From positions 1,927-65,926 of the IMG/VR virus record IMGVR_UViG_3300050821_010560: a DNA stretch of 64,000 nt; one strand, 5' to 3'. The notes under the pieces were generated by a model that worked only from the letters and a program-made list of their open reading frames with translations, was not told the DNA's origin and did no database searches. Source of the DNA: a virus (taxonomy: Duplodnaviria > Caudoviricetes). Position 1 is the first letter of the stretch. Each line of letters starts with the position of its first letter. This document shows positions 56,557 through 64,000 of the stretch, piece by piece. The position numbers and the translations under genes are program-made.

Positions 56557-56665
56557 GGAACGATGGCCCGGAGTGGGTGTACGGGTGACCCGATGCAAGA
56601 CGCCGCCCCAATAGCTGCCGGGAGCTGGGAAGGCGCCGCTGGTTCGAATCCAGTTCGTTCCGCCA
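56557..56665 (+). ncRNA. atypical tRNA-like RNA (tRNA-Ser-like)
   Basis: Acceptor GGAACGA/TCGTTCC, discriminator G + CCA, T-arm GCTGG-TTCGAAT-CCAGT; central region non-canonical; 109 nt. Confidence 0.65.
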
Positions 56666-57114
56666 ATTGAGAAGGAGCAGAAAGATGGAATGGCTGTTTA
56701 AGAAGATGCTACCATATATCGACGCTCAGATCACAATTCGCATTGTCACATTCCATCAAGCTCTTGTGGCGCGTGGTCAAATTACGGCACCTCCACCCCA
56801 GTATGGACTTCAGCAGATGGAGTCAGGCTCATCCAACGACGATAAGTGAGGAACCAATGCGTCGCACGATGCGCAAACAGTACGTGTGTTCGCTGCGGGC
56901 CGATCGCCCGCCCTATCCAAGTCCGTTAGGCTTGCGGCATTGGCGCAAGGTGACTGCCGTGCTCATACCCACGATGGTGATCGATTATTTGCAAGAGCAG
57001 AGGACGCGGCGGCCAACTCAAAAACGTCAGTTCAAACCATATCCGTTAGGCCAATTGCTTGAGTGGAATTATCCGCGGACCAAGGTGTCAAGGTAGGGAA
57101 GGAAGCGGGACACG

Positions 57115-59082
57115 ATGAATATTGTAATATTGGATTTTGAAACATTTTTTAGCTCCGAATACAACTTATCCAATATGACGACCGAGGCGTATTGCCGCGA
57201 TTCTCGTTTCGAGGCGCATGGATGCGCGATCCGCCTTCGCCAGGGGGCTACGGCGGACGGGTCCGCGCAATTGACGCCGCTGGAACAGAGCTGCGCTTCG
57301 CAAGCGGTATGGTTCGAGCAGCGGCAGCTGCCCTACGTGTTCACTCAGATCGATTGGAAAAACGCGTTCGTCATTGCACACCACATGCAGTTCGATGGTC
57401 TGATCCTATCGCACACTTACAATGTTCATCCTAAGATGCTGGGATGCACGCTGTCGATGGCCCGCCTGCTCATCGGCAACCACCTCTCCGTCAGCCTCGA
57501 GTCCGTGCGCAAGCATTTCGGCATGCCGGGCAAATCAACACCCTACAATTTATTTCGCGGCAAGCACTGGCAGGAGCTTTCCCCCGCGGTGCAGCAGGAG
57601 ATAGCTGTCGGGGCCTGCGATGAGGTCGAATCGATCTGGAAGATATTCCAACTGCTGATGCGGGATTTCCCCCTCGAGGAGCTTGAAGTCGTCGACACGA
57701 CTCTCAAGATGTTTACCGAGCCGGTGCTGCGCGCCGACGTAAATCTTCTGGCACAGGTGTGGGAGGATGAGAACAAGCGGAAAGTGCAGGCACTCGCGGA
57801 TCTCAGTATCGATCCGTCCGAGCTGCAGTCCGCAGCTAAATTCCAGGCGCTCCTCGAGGCCGAAGGCGTGGAGATCGTTTATAAGGATGGCAAAAACGGA
57901 TTGATACCCGCATTTGCCAAGACCGACGAGTTCATGCGCGAATTGCAGGAGGATGACGACCCGCGCGTGCGGGCGTTGGTCGAGGCTCGGTTGGGAGCCA
58001 AGAGCACGCTGCTGCAGACACGGGCGGAAACGCTGGGATACATGTCACAGCGCGGTCCGCTGTGCGTCTATCTGCGCTATGCCGGCGCGCACACTACCCG
58101 CTGGTCGGGTGGTGACTCGACCAACTTCCAGAATTTCAAGCGCGGGTCGAAGCTGCGGTCCGCTATGCAGGCGCCGGACGGTTACATCCTGGTCAAGCCG
58201 GATGAAAGCCAGGTCGAGTGCCGGCTGTTGAATTTCCTTGCCGGGCAGCACGATGTAGTGGAGAATTTCCGCAATGGACGAGATCCCTACATCGGCATCG
58301 CCAGCCAGTTCTATGGCCGAAGCATTACAAAAAATACGCCGGATGAGCGCGGAACTGGAAAGCAGGCTGAACTTTCTTGTGGCTACGGATGCGGTCCTCC
58401 TCGATTCAAGACAACGGCGTCGCTTGGTATTTACGGTCCTCCAGTTAAGCTATCGATTGAAGATGCAGAGCGATTCGTTAAGCTCTATCGCCAAACGCAT
58501 CAGTCCGTCGTCGCTTACTGGCGAGATGCCGAAATAGTCATCCGCCGCATTCACAACAACGAGGAGTTCGATTGGGGTCCGATGCACATCCGCCTGCGGC
58601 GGATTTACCTGCCCAACGGTGCCCCGATCGTGCTGGACACCCTGGATTGGCACCCGCCTGCGGCGGGTGAGATTGAGAAGGCGATCGCATCCGGCAAGGA
58701 TGACTGGAGCGCCGCGCAGCCGTACTGGCGGATAAAGACCCGCAAGGGGTGGGAAAAATTATACGGCGCGAAGCTTGTCGAGCTGACGACACAGGGGCTC
58801 GCCCGTGTCATCATCAGCCAGGCCATGATTCGCGTGGTCCGCCGCGGCTACCGGGTGGTCAATTCCGAGCATGACAGCATGTGGATATTGATCCCCAGGG
58901 ACGGACGGGAGCACGCGCACTTGCAAATTATCATGGAGGAGATGCGGGTGTCGCCGGCATGGCTGCCCGGCATCCCGCTGGAGGTCGAGTGCAATGATCT
59001 GCCGCTACGTCCCGCATCACAGGGTGCTATCTTTCCTCCAGGTGGGCTGGCACATCCTCATCCCGGATCTAGCGCATCATAA
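57115..59082 (+). CDS. polA: family A DNA polymerase with 3'-5' exonuclease
   Basis: LDFETF (ExoI), HHMQFDG, HTTRWSG, DESQVECR (motif A), R.TGKQAELSCGYG (B), EHDS (C). Confidence 0.9.
   Translation: MNIVILDFETFFSSEYNLSNMTTEAYCRDSRFEAHGCAIRLRQGATADGSAQLTPLEQSCASQAVWFEQRQLPYVFTQIDWKNAFVIAHHMQFDGLILSHTYNVHPKMLGCTLSMARLLIGNHLSVSLESVRKHFGMPGKSTPYNLFRGKHWQELSPAVQQEIAVGACDEVESIWKIFQLLMRDFPLEELEVVDTTLKMFTEPVLRADVNLLAQVWEDENKRKVQALADLSIDPSELQSAAKFQALLEAEGVEIVYKDGKNGLIPAFAKTDEFMRELQEDDDPRVRALVEARLGAKSTLLQTRAETLGYMSQRGPLCVYLRYAGAHTTRWSGGDSTNFQNFKRGSKLRSAMQAPDGYILVKPDESQVECRLLNFLAGQHDVVENFRNGRDPYIGIASQFYGRSITKNTPDERGTGKQAELSCGYGCGPPRFKTTASLGIYGPPVKLSIEDAERFVKLYRQTHQSVVAYWRDAEIVIRRIHNNEEFDWGPMHIRLRRIYLPNGAPIVLDTLDWHPPAAGEIEKAIASGKDDWSAAQPYWRIKTRKGWEKLYGAKLVELTTQGLARVIISQAMIRVVRRGYRVVNSEHDSMWILIPRDGREHAHLQIIMEEMRVSPAWLPGIPLEVECNDLPLRPASQGAIFPPGGLAHPHPGSSAS
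57229..57258. repeat. palindromic element, inside polA
   Basis: ATCCGCC-TTCGCCAGGGGGCTAC-GGCGGAC (peptide RLRQGATAD). Confidence 0.7.
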
Positions 59083-59146
59083 ATGTTATGCCGTCATGAT
59101 GGCGTGGCTGTGCGAATGCAAGTGCGTGGAACCATATGACGGATGA
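58994..59146 (+). CDS. 50-aa hypothetical protein overlapping the polA 3' end
   Basis: Hand-translated MICRYVPHHRVLSFLQVGWHI...HHKCYAVMMAWLCECKCVEP. Confidence 0.5.
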   Translation: MICRYVPHHRVLSFLQVGWHILIPDLAHHKCYAVMMAWLCECKCVEPYDG

Positions 59147-59306
59147 CGCCAAGATAGCTGCGATCGGACGAAATTTAGCGCAAGCACTTGCGGACTTCTC
59201 TTATTCCCGTAAAGATGACGATAAGAAGCGTATAGCGCAATTGCAGACCGAGCTGTGCGCAGCCGTGCGCGCGGAGAGCGCCCCGCAGGAGCCGACCGAT
59301 GGATGA
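59136..59306 (+). CDS. 56-aa hypothetical protein
   Basis: Hand-translated MTDDAKIAAIGRNLAQALADF... Confidence 0.45.
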   Translation: MTDDAKIAAIGRNLAQALADFSYSRKDDDKKRIAQLQTELCAAVRAESAPQEPTDG

Positions 59307-59676
59307 TACCGCAAGCCCTTTTCAGCCGTTCCCGCTACCGGCCCTACCTATGCCTGCTGCTTCGGCGGGCGAGCCCGCGGAACCAAAACAGCGGCGTAAG
59401 CGGCGCACGCGTGCGGAGATGGAAGCCGCCCGCCTTCGCCAAGGGGCTACGGCGGGCAAGTCCGCCAGGAAGGGGAAAAAGGGTGGGCGGAAACCTGCGG
59501 TGCGTGCACATGACAGACACGCTACTGAGCCGCAGCCACTGGTCGAACGCGCACCTGTTCAGCGAGGAAACCAGGTTAATTGGGAACTATTCGGAAAGAT
59601 TGTTAAAGCGCTTCAGGAAGATCCGTACAGCAGCGCTCGTGCTATTGTGGTGGCTCTTGGAAAGCTGTTTCCATGA
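59299..59676 (+). CDS. basic hypothetical protein
   Basis: KQRRKRRTRAEME; contains a palindromic element. Confidence 0.5.
   Translation: MDDTASPFQPFPLPALPMPAASAGEPAEPKQRRKRRTRAEMEAARLRQGATAGKSARKGKKGGRKPAVRAHDRHATEPQPLVERAPVQRGNQVNWELFGKIVKALQEDPYSSARAIVVALGKLFP
59428..59461. repeat. palindromic element, inside a CDS
   Basis: GCCCGCC-TTCGCCAAGGGGCTAC-GGCGGGCAAGT (peptide RLRQGATAGK). Confidence 0.75.
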
Positions 59677-60380
59677 ACCTCCAGGCTCTGCCCAACATGC
59701 CGGTCGAACTGCTTCGGTTGCCGGCGTTTACTTTCACCTGGGGTAACTGCTACCGCAACATCTGCCCTCACCAAGCGTACCGGCGGTTCATCCTAAAGGA
59801 TATCCCCTTCGTCGAGACCGATGCGATGAAGGAGGGCACCGCAGTGCACACCGCGCTTGAAAAGCGTGTGGGGCAGGGCAAGGTGCTGCCGGATGAATAC
59901 CGGCAGTGGGAATCGTTCGCCGCTTGCTTCGACCAATTGCCGGTCAAGGTCGAGTGCAAGCTCGGCGTGACCGCGGAAGGCCGCTCGTGCGACTGGTATG
60001 ACAAGAAGATATTCGTCCGTACCAAGCTCGACATATCGTTCGTGAACGGGGAGACCGGCTATATTCTCGATTGGAAAATGGGAGCAGTACGGGAAAACCC
60101 GTTCGAATTGGAGGTGCAGGCGGTCGCGCTGCATGCGGCCAATCCGCAGCTTCGCAAGATCGTCGGGCAGTATGCATGGCTGCGGGAAAACCGGCTCGGC
60201 CAGATGCACGACCTGTCGCAGACCAACCGGACGTGGGCGACAATTTGCGAGACGGTTCTGGATGCGCAGCACGACCTCGACCGGGGAATGTTCGATAAGC
60301 GGCCGGGAAAACTTTGCGATTGGTGCGATGTGAAGGATTGTGAAAATTATACGGGGAAAAATGCGAAAGCGCCGGAGTAA
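59673..60380 (+). CDS. PD-(D/E)XK (Cas4-like) exonuclease
   Basis: CP..A...GTAVHTALE...KLD...ILDWKMG...LCDWCDV..C. Confidence 0.8.
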   Translation: MNLQALPNMPVELLRLPAFTFTWGNCYRNICPHQAYRRFILKDIPFVETDAMKEGTAVHTALEKRVGQGKVLPDEYRQWESFAACFDQLPVKVECKLGVTAEGRSCDWYDKKIFVRTKLDISFVNGETGYILDWKMGAVRENPFELEVQAVALHAANPQLRKIVGQYAWLRENRLGQMHDLSQTNRTWATICETVLDAQHDLDRGMFDKRPGKLCDWCDVKDCENYTGKNAKAPE

Positions 60381-60676
60381 TGAAGACGCCCGAAGGATAT
60401 GAGAAAGCAGATGTGGACAAATATCTGAACTCACTCAACAACTGCTGCTATTTCTGCCCCTATACAGGTGGTTACGGCAGATCAGGAGCACCTGACCGTA
60501 TTGCTTTGATCGAAGGTACTTTTTGGGGAATCGAGGTTAAGCGAGAAGGCAAGGAATCTACGGTGAAACAGGCCAGCCGCATGCGGGAAATTCGTGCTGC
60601 CGGCGGGATGGCGGTTGCCGGCACGGCAGCGGTTATCATCGCTGCGATCGAGAAGTGGCGAGCAAGTCGTGGCTGA
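60380..60676 (+). CDS. VRR-NUC domain nuclease
   Basis: TPEG...GYGRSGAPDRI...FWGIEVK...Q....I..AGG. Confidence 0.85.
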   Translation: MKTPEGYEKADVDKYLNSLNNCCYFCPYTGGYGRSGAPDRIALIEGTFWGIEVKREGKESTVKQASRMREIRAAGGMAVAGTAAVIIAAIEKWRASRG

Positions 60677-62264
60677 GTTTTACCATGACCAGGGGCGGAA
60701 TCTGCTTATATATCCGACCCGGCAGCCGGATCGCTTCGTCCATTATATTCCCGATGCCAAGCCGATAAATGGGGCCTACGTCGCCGTTCCGCGCAATCTG
60801 CGCAACCTGCAGACCCTTCGCCATTTCGGCATCCCCGTCACTCCGATCATGGACGGCTACGACTGGCCGGCAAGTCCTGGAATTCGACCGTGGGAAACCC
60901 AGAAACTGGCCGCCAACTTCCTGGTTCTGCACCCCCGCTGCTTCAATCTGTCGGACATGGGTGTCGGCAAGACGCTCTCCGCGCTGTGGGCCGCGGACTG
61001 GCTGATGCGGCATCATACACCCGGTACCTGCCGCGCGCTCATCGTTGCGCCTCTCTCCATCCTCCAGTCAGTATGGGCAAACGCCATCTTCAGGAATTTT
61101 CTCGGGAGACGGTCCTATGACATCCTCTACGGTGACGCCGAGAAGCGGCTAAAGATCCTATCCAATAGCAAGGCGGACTTCCTCATTTGCAATTTTGATG
61201 GGGTCGGTGTCGGGGCGCACAGTCGCAAGAAGCTTACCCTTGATGGATTCTCGCGAGCGCTGGCGGACACTCGGATTAGCGTGGTCATCGTTGACGAAGC
61301 ATCCGGGTACCGTGACGCCACCACCAAGCGGCACCGGATCGCCAGGGAAGTGATTGGCGGCCGGGATTATCTGTGGCTTCTCACCGGCACCCCGACGCCA
61401 AACGCGCCGACCGATGCCTACGGCCTTGCCAAGATGGTGAACAATGCCGGAGGCAAGAGTTTTCGCACTTTCCAGCAGGAGACCATGGTAAAATGGTCCA
61501 ATTTCGTCTGGAAGCCGCGCAAGGACGGCTATGAGCGCGCTCAAGCCCTGCTCACGCCTGCGATCCGCATCGATATCAAGGAGGTATGGGACGGTCCCGC
61601 AGTAACCGTGCAGCAGCGGGAGATCCCGCTCACGCCGGAGCAGAAGAAGCTCATGGCGGATCTCAAGCGCGATCTGCAACTGACGATAAAATCTGGTCAA
61701 CCTATCACTGCTGCCAATGAGGCGGCAGCCCGGCAGAAATTCCTGCAGATCAGTCTTGGTGCCGTGTACGATCAGGACCACAAGGCGCACGCGGTCGACG
61801 CCATGCCGCGGCTGAAGGAAGCCGAGAGCGTCATCGAATCCACAGACCGTCCGATCGTCTGCTTTGTCCCGTTGACAAGCGTGGTGAACCTGCTGCATGT
61901 TCACCTTTCGAAACGGTGGGAGTGCGCGATTCTTAACGGCGAGGTAGCGCCTAAAGATCGTGTAGAGGTCATAAAACGGTTTGCACAAGGGGGTTTGAAG
62001 GTGCTCATCGCCGATCCGCAGACTACCGCGCACGGGATCAACGAGTTCGTCGTGGCGGACACGGTTTTATGGCTCGCTCCGATCGACAAGACCGAACTGT
62101 ACCTGCAGGGAAACAAGCGGGTAAATCGGCCGGGGCAGAAATATCCCGTATCGATTGTCCAGTTCGTGTCCAACCCGCTCGAGCGGGAAATGTTTCGCCG
62201 TTTGGAGAATAACGAATCGTTGCAAGGCGCGCTTCTTGATTTAGTGCGTAAAGGGCAGTTATGA
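60669..62264 (+). CDS. SNF2-family helicase
   Basis: DMGVGKT, IVDEAS, LLTGTP, AHGIN, QGNKRVNRPGQ; likely start GTG 60669. Confidence 0.9.
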   Translation: MAEFYHDQGRNLLIYPTRQPDRFVHYIPDAKPINGAYVAVPRNLRNLQTLRHFGIPVTPIMDGYDWPASPGIRPWETQKLAANFLVLHPRCFNLSDMGVGKTLSALWAADWLMRHHTPGTCRALIVAPLSILQSVWANAIFRNFLGRRSYDILYGDAEKRLKILSNSKADFLICNFDGVGVGAHSRKKLTLDGFSRALADTRISVVIVDEASGYRDATTKRHRIAREVIGGRDYLWLLTGTPTPNAPTDAYGLAKMVNNAGGKSFRTFQQETMVKWSNFVWKPRKDGYERAQALLTPAIRIDIKEVWDGPAVTVQQREIPLTPEQKKLMADLKRDLQLTIKSGQPITAANEAAARQKFLQISLGAVYDQDHKAHAVDAMPRLKEAESVIESTDRPIVCFVPLTSVVNLLHVHLSKRWECAILNGEVAPKDRVEVIKRFAQGGLKVLIADPQTTAHGINEFVVADTVLWLAPIDKTELYLQGNKRVNRPGQKYPVSIVQFVSNPLEREMFRRLENNESLQGALLDLVRKGQL

Positions 62265-62656
62265 CCGACGAGGAACGCATCGCCCGCTACCTGCAGATCG
62301 ACGATTTTGTCAAGGCCGAGAGCAAACGGTTCGCGGAATACCTCAAGCCGTTCCGGGAGGAGATGCAGGCGATCCAGCAGGGCTTCCTGGCAGAGTTCAT
62401 CGCGCAGAAGCGCGAATCTGTGCGCACCGATGCCGGCACCGCGTACCAAACCACAAGTATGACTCCTAAAGTGATAAATTCAGAAGCATTTCTTGACTAT
62501 ATCAACGAAAATTGGGAAGATGGCGGTAGTGAAATGGTTCAATTTCGTGCTCCTCAAGTTGATGCCTTTCGTAACTTTATGGATCACAATGAAGGTAAAT
62601 TGCCGCCTGGAACGGAGGTAAGTTTTAATACCAGTGTGCACATAAGGCGTTCTTAA
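62261..62656 (+). CDS. conserved phage replication-region protein
   Basis: SVRTDAGTAY...LPPG; position between helicase and SSB. Confidence 0.6.
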   Translation: MTDEERIARYLQIDDFVKAESKRFAEYLKPFREEMQAIQQGFLAEFIAQKRESVRTDAGTAYQTTSMTPKVINSEAFLDYINENWEDGGSEMVQFRAPQVDAFRNFMDHNEGKLPPGTEVSFNTSVHIRRS

Positions 62657-63099
62657 TGGATTCAAAATTACCAGAACGCATTCAACGGCAAATAATTCCT
62701 GAGCCTAATTCAGGATGTTGGATTTGGACTGGCCCGATGACTGTCAACGGATATGGAAAAACTTCTGTTGGACGTGCCATCCAAATAGGAACTCACCGAC
62801 TGACTTACATTTTGTTAAAAGGAAAAATTCCACGGGGATTTGTCTTGGATCATTTATGTAGAGTTCCGCTTTGTTGTAATCCTGAGCATTTGGAACCGGT
62901 AACAAATAGAGAAAATTTAAAACGCGGTACTGGTTGGTCCGGTCGAAGGATGCGACAGACACACTGTAAAAACGGGCATCCTTTAGCAGGAACTAATTTA
63001 ATATTAAGTAAAAAGGGGCATCGACGCTGTAGAATCTGTGAAAACGCCTATCAACGTAAGTGCAACCACAAATATGATCGTTCAAGGAACCCAAAATGA
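62656..63099 (+). CDS. HNH endonuclease (HNH_3-type)
   Basis: GCWIWTG...GYG...HRLTY...LDHLCR...CCNPEHLEPVT.REN; THCKNGH; AT-rich. Confidence 0.9.
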   Translation: MDSKLPERIQRQIIPEPNSGCWIWTGPMTVNGYGKTSVGRAIQIGTHRLTYILLKGKIPRGFVLDHLCRVPLCCNPEHLEPVTNRENLKRGTGWSGRRMRQTHCKNGHPLAGTNLILSKKGHRRCRICENAYQRKCNHKYDRSRNPK

Positions 63100-64000
63100 A
63101 CCAGCCAGCACTTCCTGCCTACCTGCAAAATCTAGCCGTACCGAACCTCTCCGACCGTGCCTTTGTCGGCCTCGGCTCCGTCCTGCCGCCGCACATCTCC
63201 ATCCGCGGCAACCGATTCACGCTCGTCGACTCATCCGGTCTCGAGGAGCCGGTAAATTCGGTTTACCTTGACGTAGCTATCGCCGACATCGCCGAGGTCG
63301 TTTGCAAGACTTATTTCGAATACGAGTGGGAGCCGGGCTCGAAGGAACCGCCGACATGCTTCTCCGCCAACGGCATCGCTCCGTCGCGCGAAGCGGTCAC
63401 CCCGCAATCACGCACCTGTGCCGAGTGTCCGAAAAACGTCCGCGGCTCCGCGGTATCCAAGATGAGCGGGGCGGCGATCAAGGCGTGCCGCGATGAGAAG
63501 TGGCTTGCCGTCATCGTCGTCGGCTATCCCAAGGATATGATCTTCCGCCTGGTGCTCACGCCCGGCTCGTTCACCAACTGGCGGGCGTATGCCGAACGGT
63601 TCCGCGGACAGCAGGTGGCGGTGAACCATGTCATCTGCCGTCTCGCCTTCGAGGCCGGCGTCAACGGCGTGCTGACGTTTGCGATCCCGCAGGACGTGCC
63701 GACCGGCGGTTGGCTCGACGAGCGTTCCGCGCAGCTCGTCGTCAAGGCGGTGTCGAGCAAGGCTACCGACAAGTATGTGGGGCGGGATGATGTACCGAGG
63801 CAGTTGGCGGCACCTCCTCCTACCCAGGCGACAGCAGCGCCCGCGGAGGCACAGCCGGCAGGATTCTCCATGCCCTCGCCTACCGGCCCTTTCGCGCAGC
63901 CGCAGGCCCCCGCTGCTTCGTCTGCGGCCTTCCCGTCAATGCAAGCGGCACCTCAACAGACCCAAACCGCGCCCCCTGCTCAGGCTGCATCCCCTTCTAG
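63096..64000 (+). CDS. putative ssDNA-binding protein; runs off the right edge
   Basis: Hand-translated MNQPALPAYL...PPHISIRGNRF...PTCFSANGIAP...CAECPKN..GS...KACR; Pro/Ala-rich tail. Confidence 0.65.
   Translation, partial: MNQPALPAYLQNLAVPNLSDRAFVGLGSVLPPHISIRGNRFTLVDSSGLEEPVNSVYLDVAIADIAEVVCKTYFEYEWEPGSKEPPTCFSANGIAPSREAVTPQSRTCAECPKNVRGSAVSKMSGAAIKACRDEKWLAVIVVGYPKDMIFRLVLTPGSFTNWRAYAERFRGQQVAVNHVICRLAFEAGVNGVLTFAIPQDVPTGGWLDERSAQLVVKAVSSKATDKYVGRDDVPRQLAAPPPTQATAAPAEAQPAGFSMPSPTGPFAQPQAPAASSAAFPSMQAAPQQTQTAPPAQAASPS

Noticed and set aside
59673-60380. Cas4 / CRISPR system
   Set aside because: No repeat-spacer array or other cas genes; ordinary phage replication-module nuclease

Overview
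The whole window is one tailed dsDNA phage genome segment (podovirus-like: portal, P22-type adaptor/nozzle and ejection proteins, no tape measure or sheath), probably infecting a Hyphomicrobiales/Bradyrhizobium-like alphaproteobacterium, inferred from its Omp25/RopB-type porin. Order from left to right: lysis genes (1-2.6 kb); an accessory tail-spike/fibre block (2.6-13 kb); ejection, neck and capsid genes, portal and TerL (13-34.5 kb); a glycan-modification cluster (36-43.5 kb); adjacent anti-defence sponges Tad2 and Acb2 (44.1-44.6 kb); small early genes (47-50.5 kb); a putative origin with Prim-Pol/VapE; and a plus-strand replication module (PolA, PD-(D/E)XK nuclease, VRR-NUC, SNF2 helicase, HNH, SSB-like). 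The most unusual feature is that essentially every gene in the tail-spike/fibre block (about 11 consecutive ORFs) begins with a classical Sec signal peptide, most predicted to be cleaved before Gln, and carries paired cysteines. This suggests exported, disulfide-bonded virion appendages or host-surface proteins. Other oddities: a dispersed palindromic element (8 copies, 4 inside genes), a 109-nt tRNA-Ser-like RNA with a collapsed anticodon loop, a candidate antisense RNA in the primase leader, a HiPIP-like protein, an internally deleted secreted-protein gene, and a 14-aa Arg-rich micropeptide. All calls are from visual motif recognition; no searches or predictors were run.
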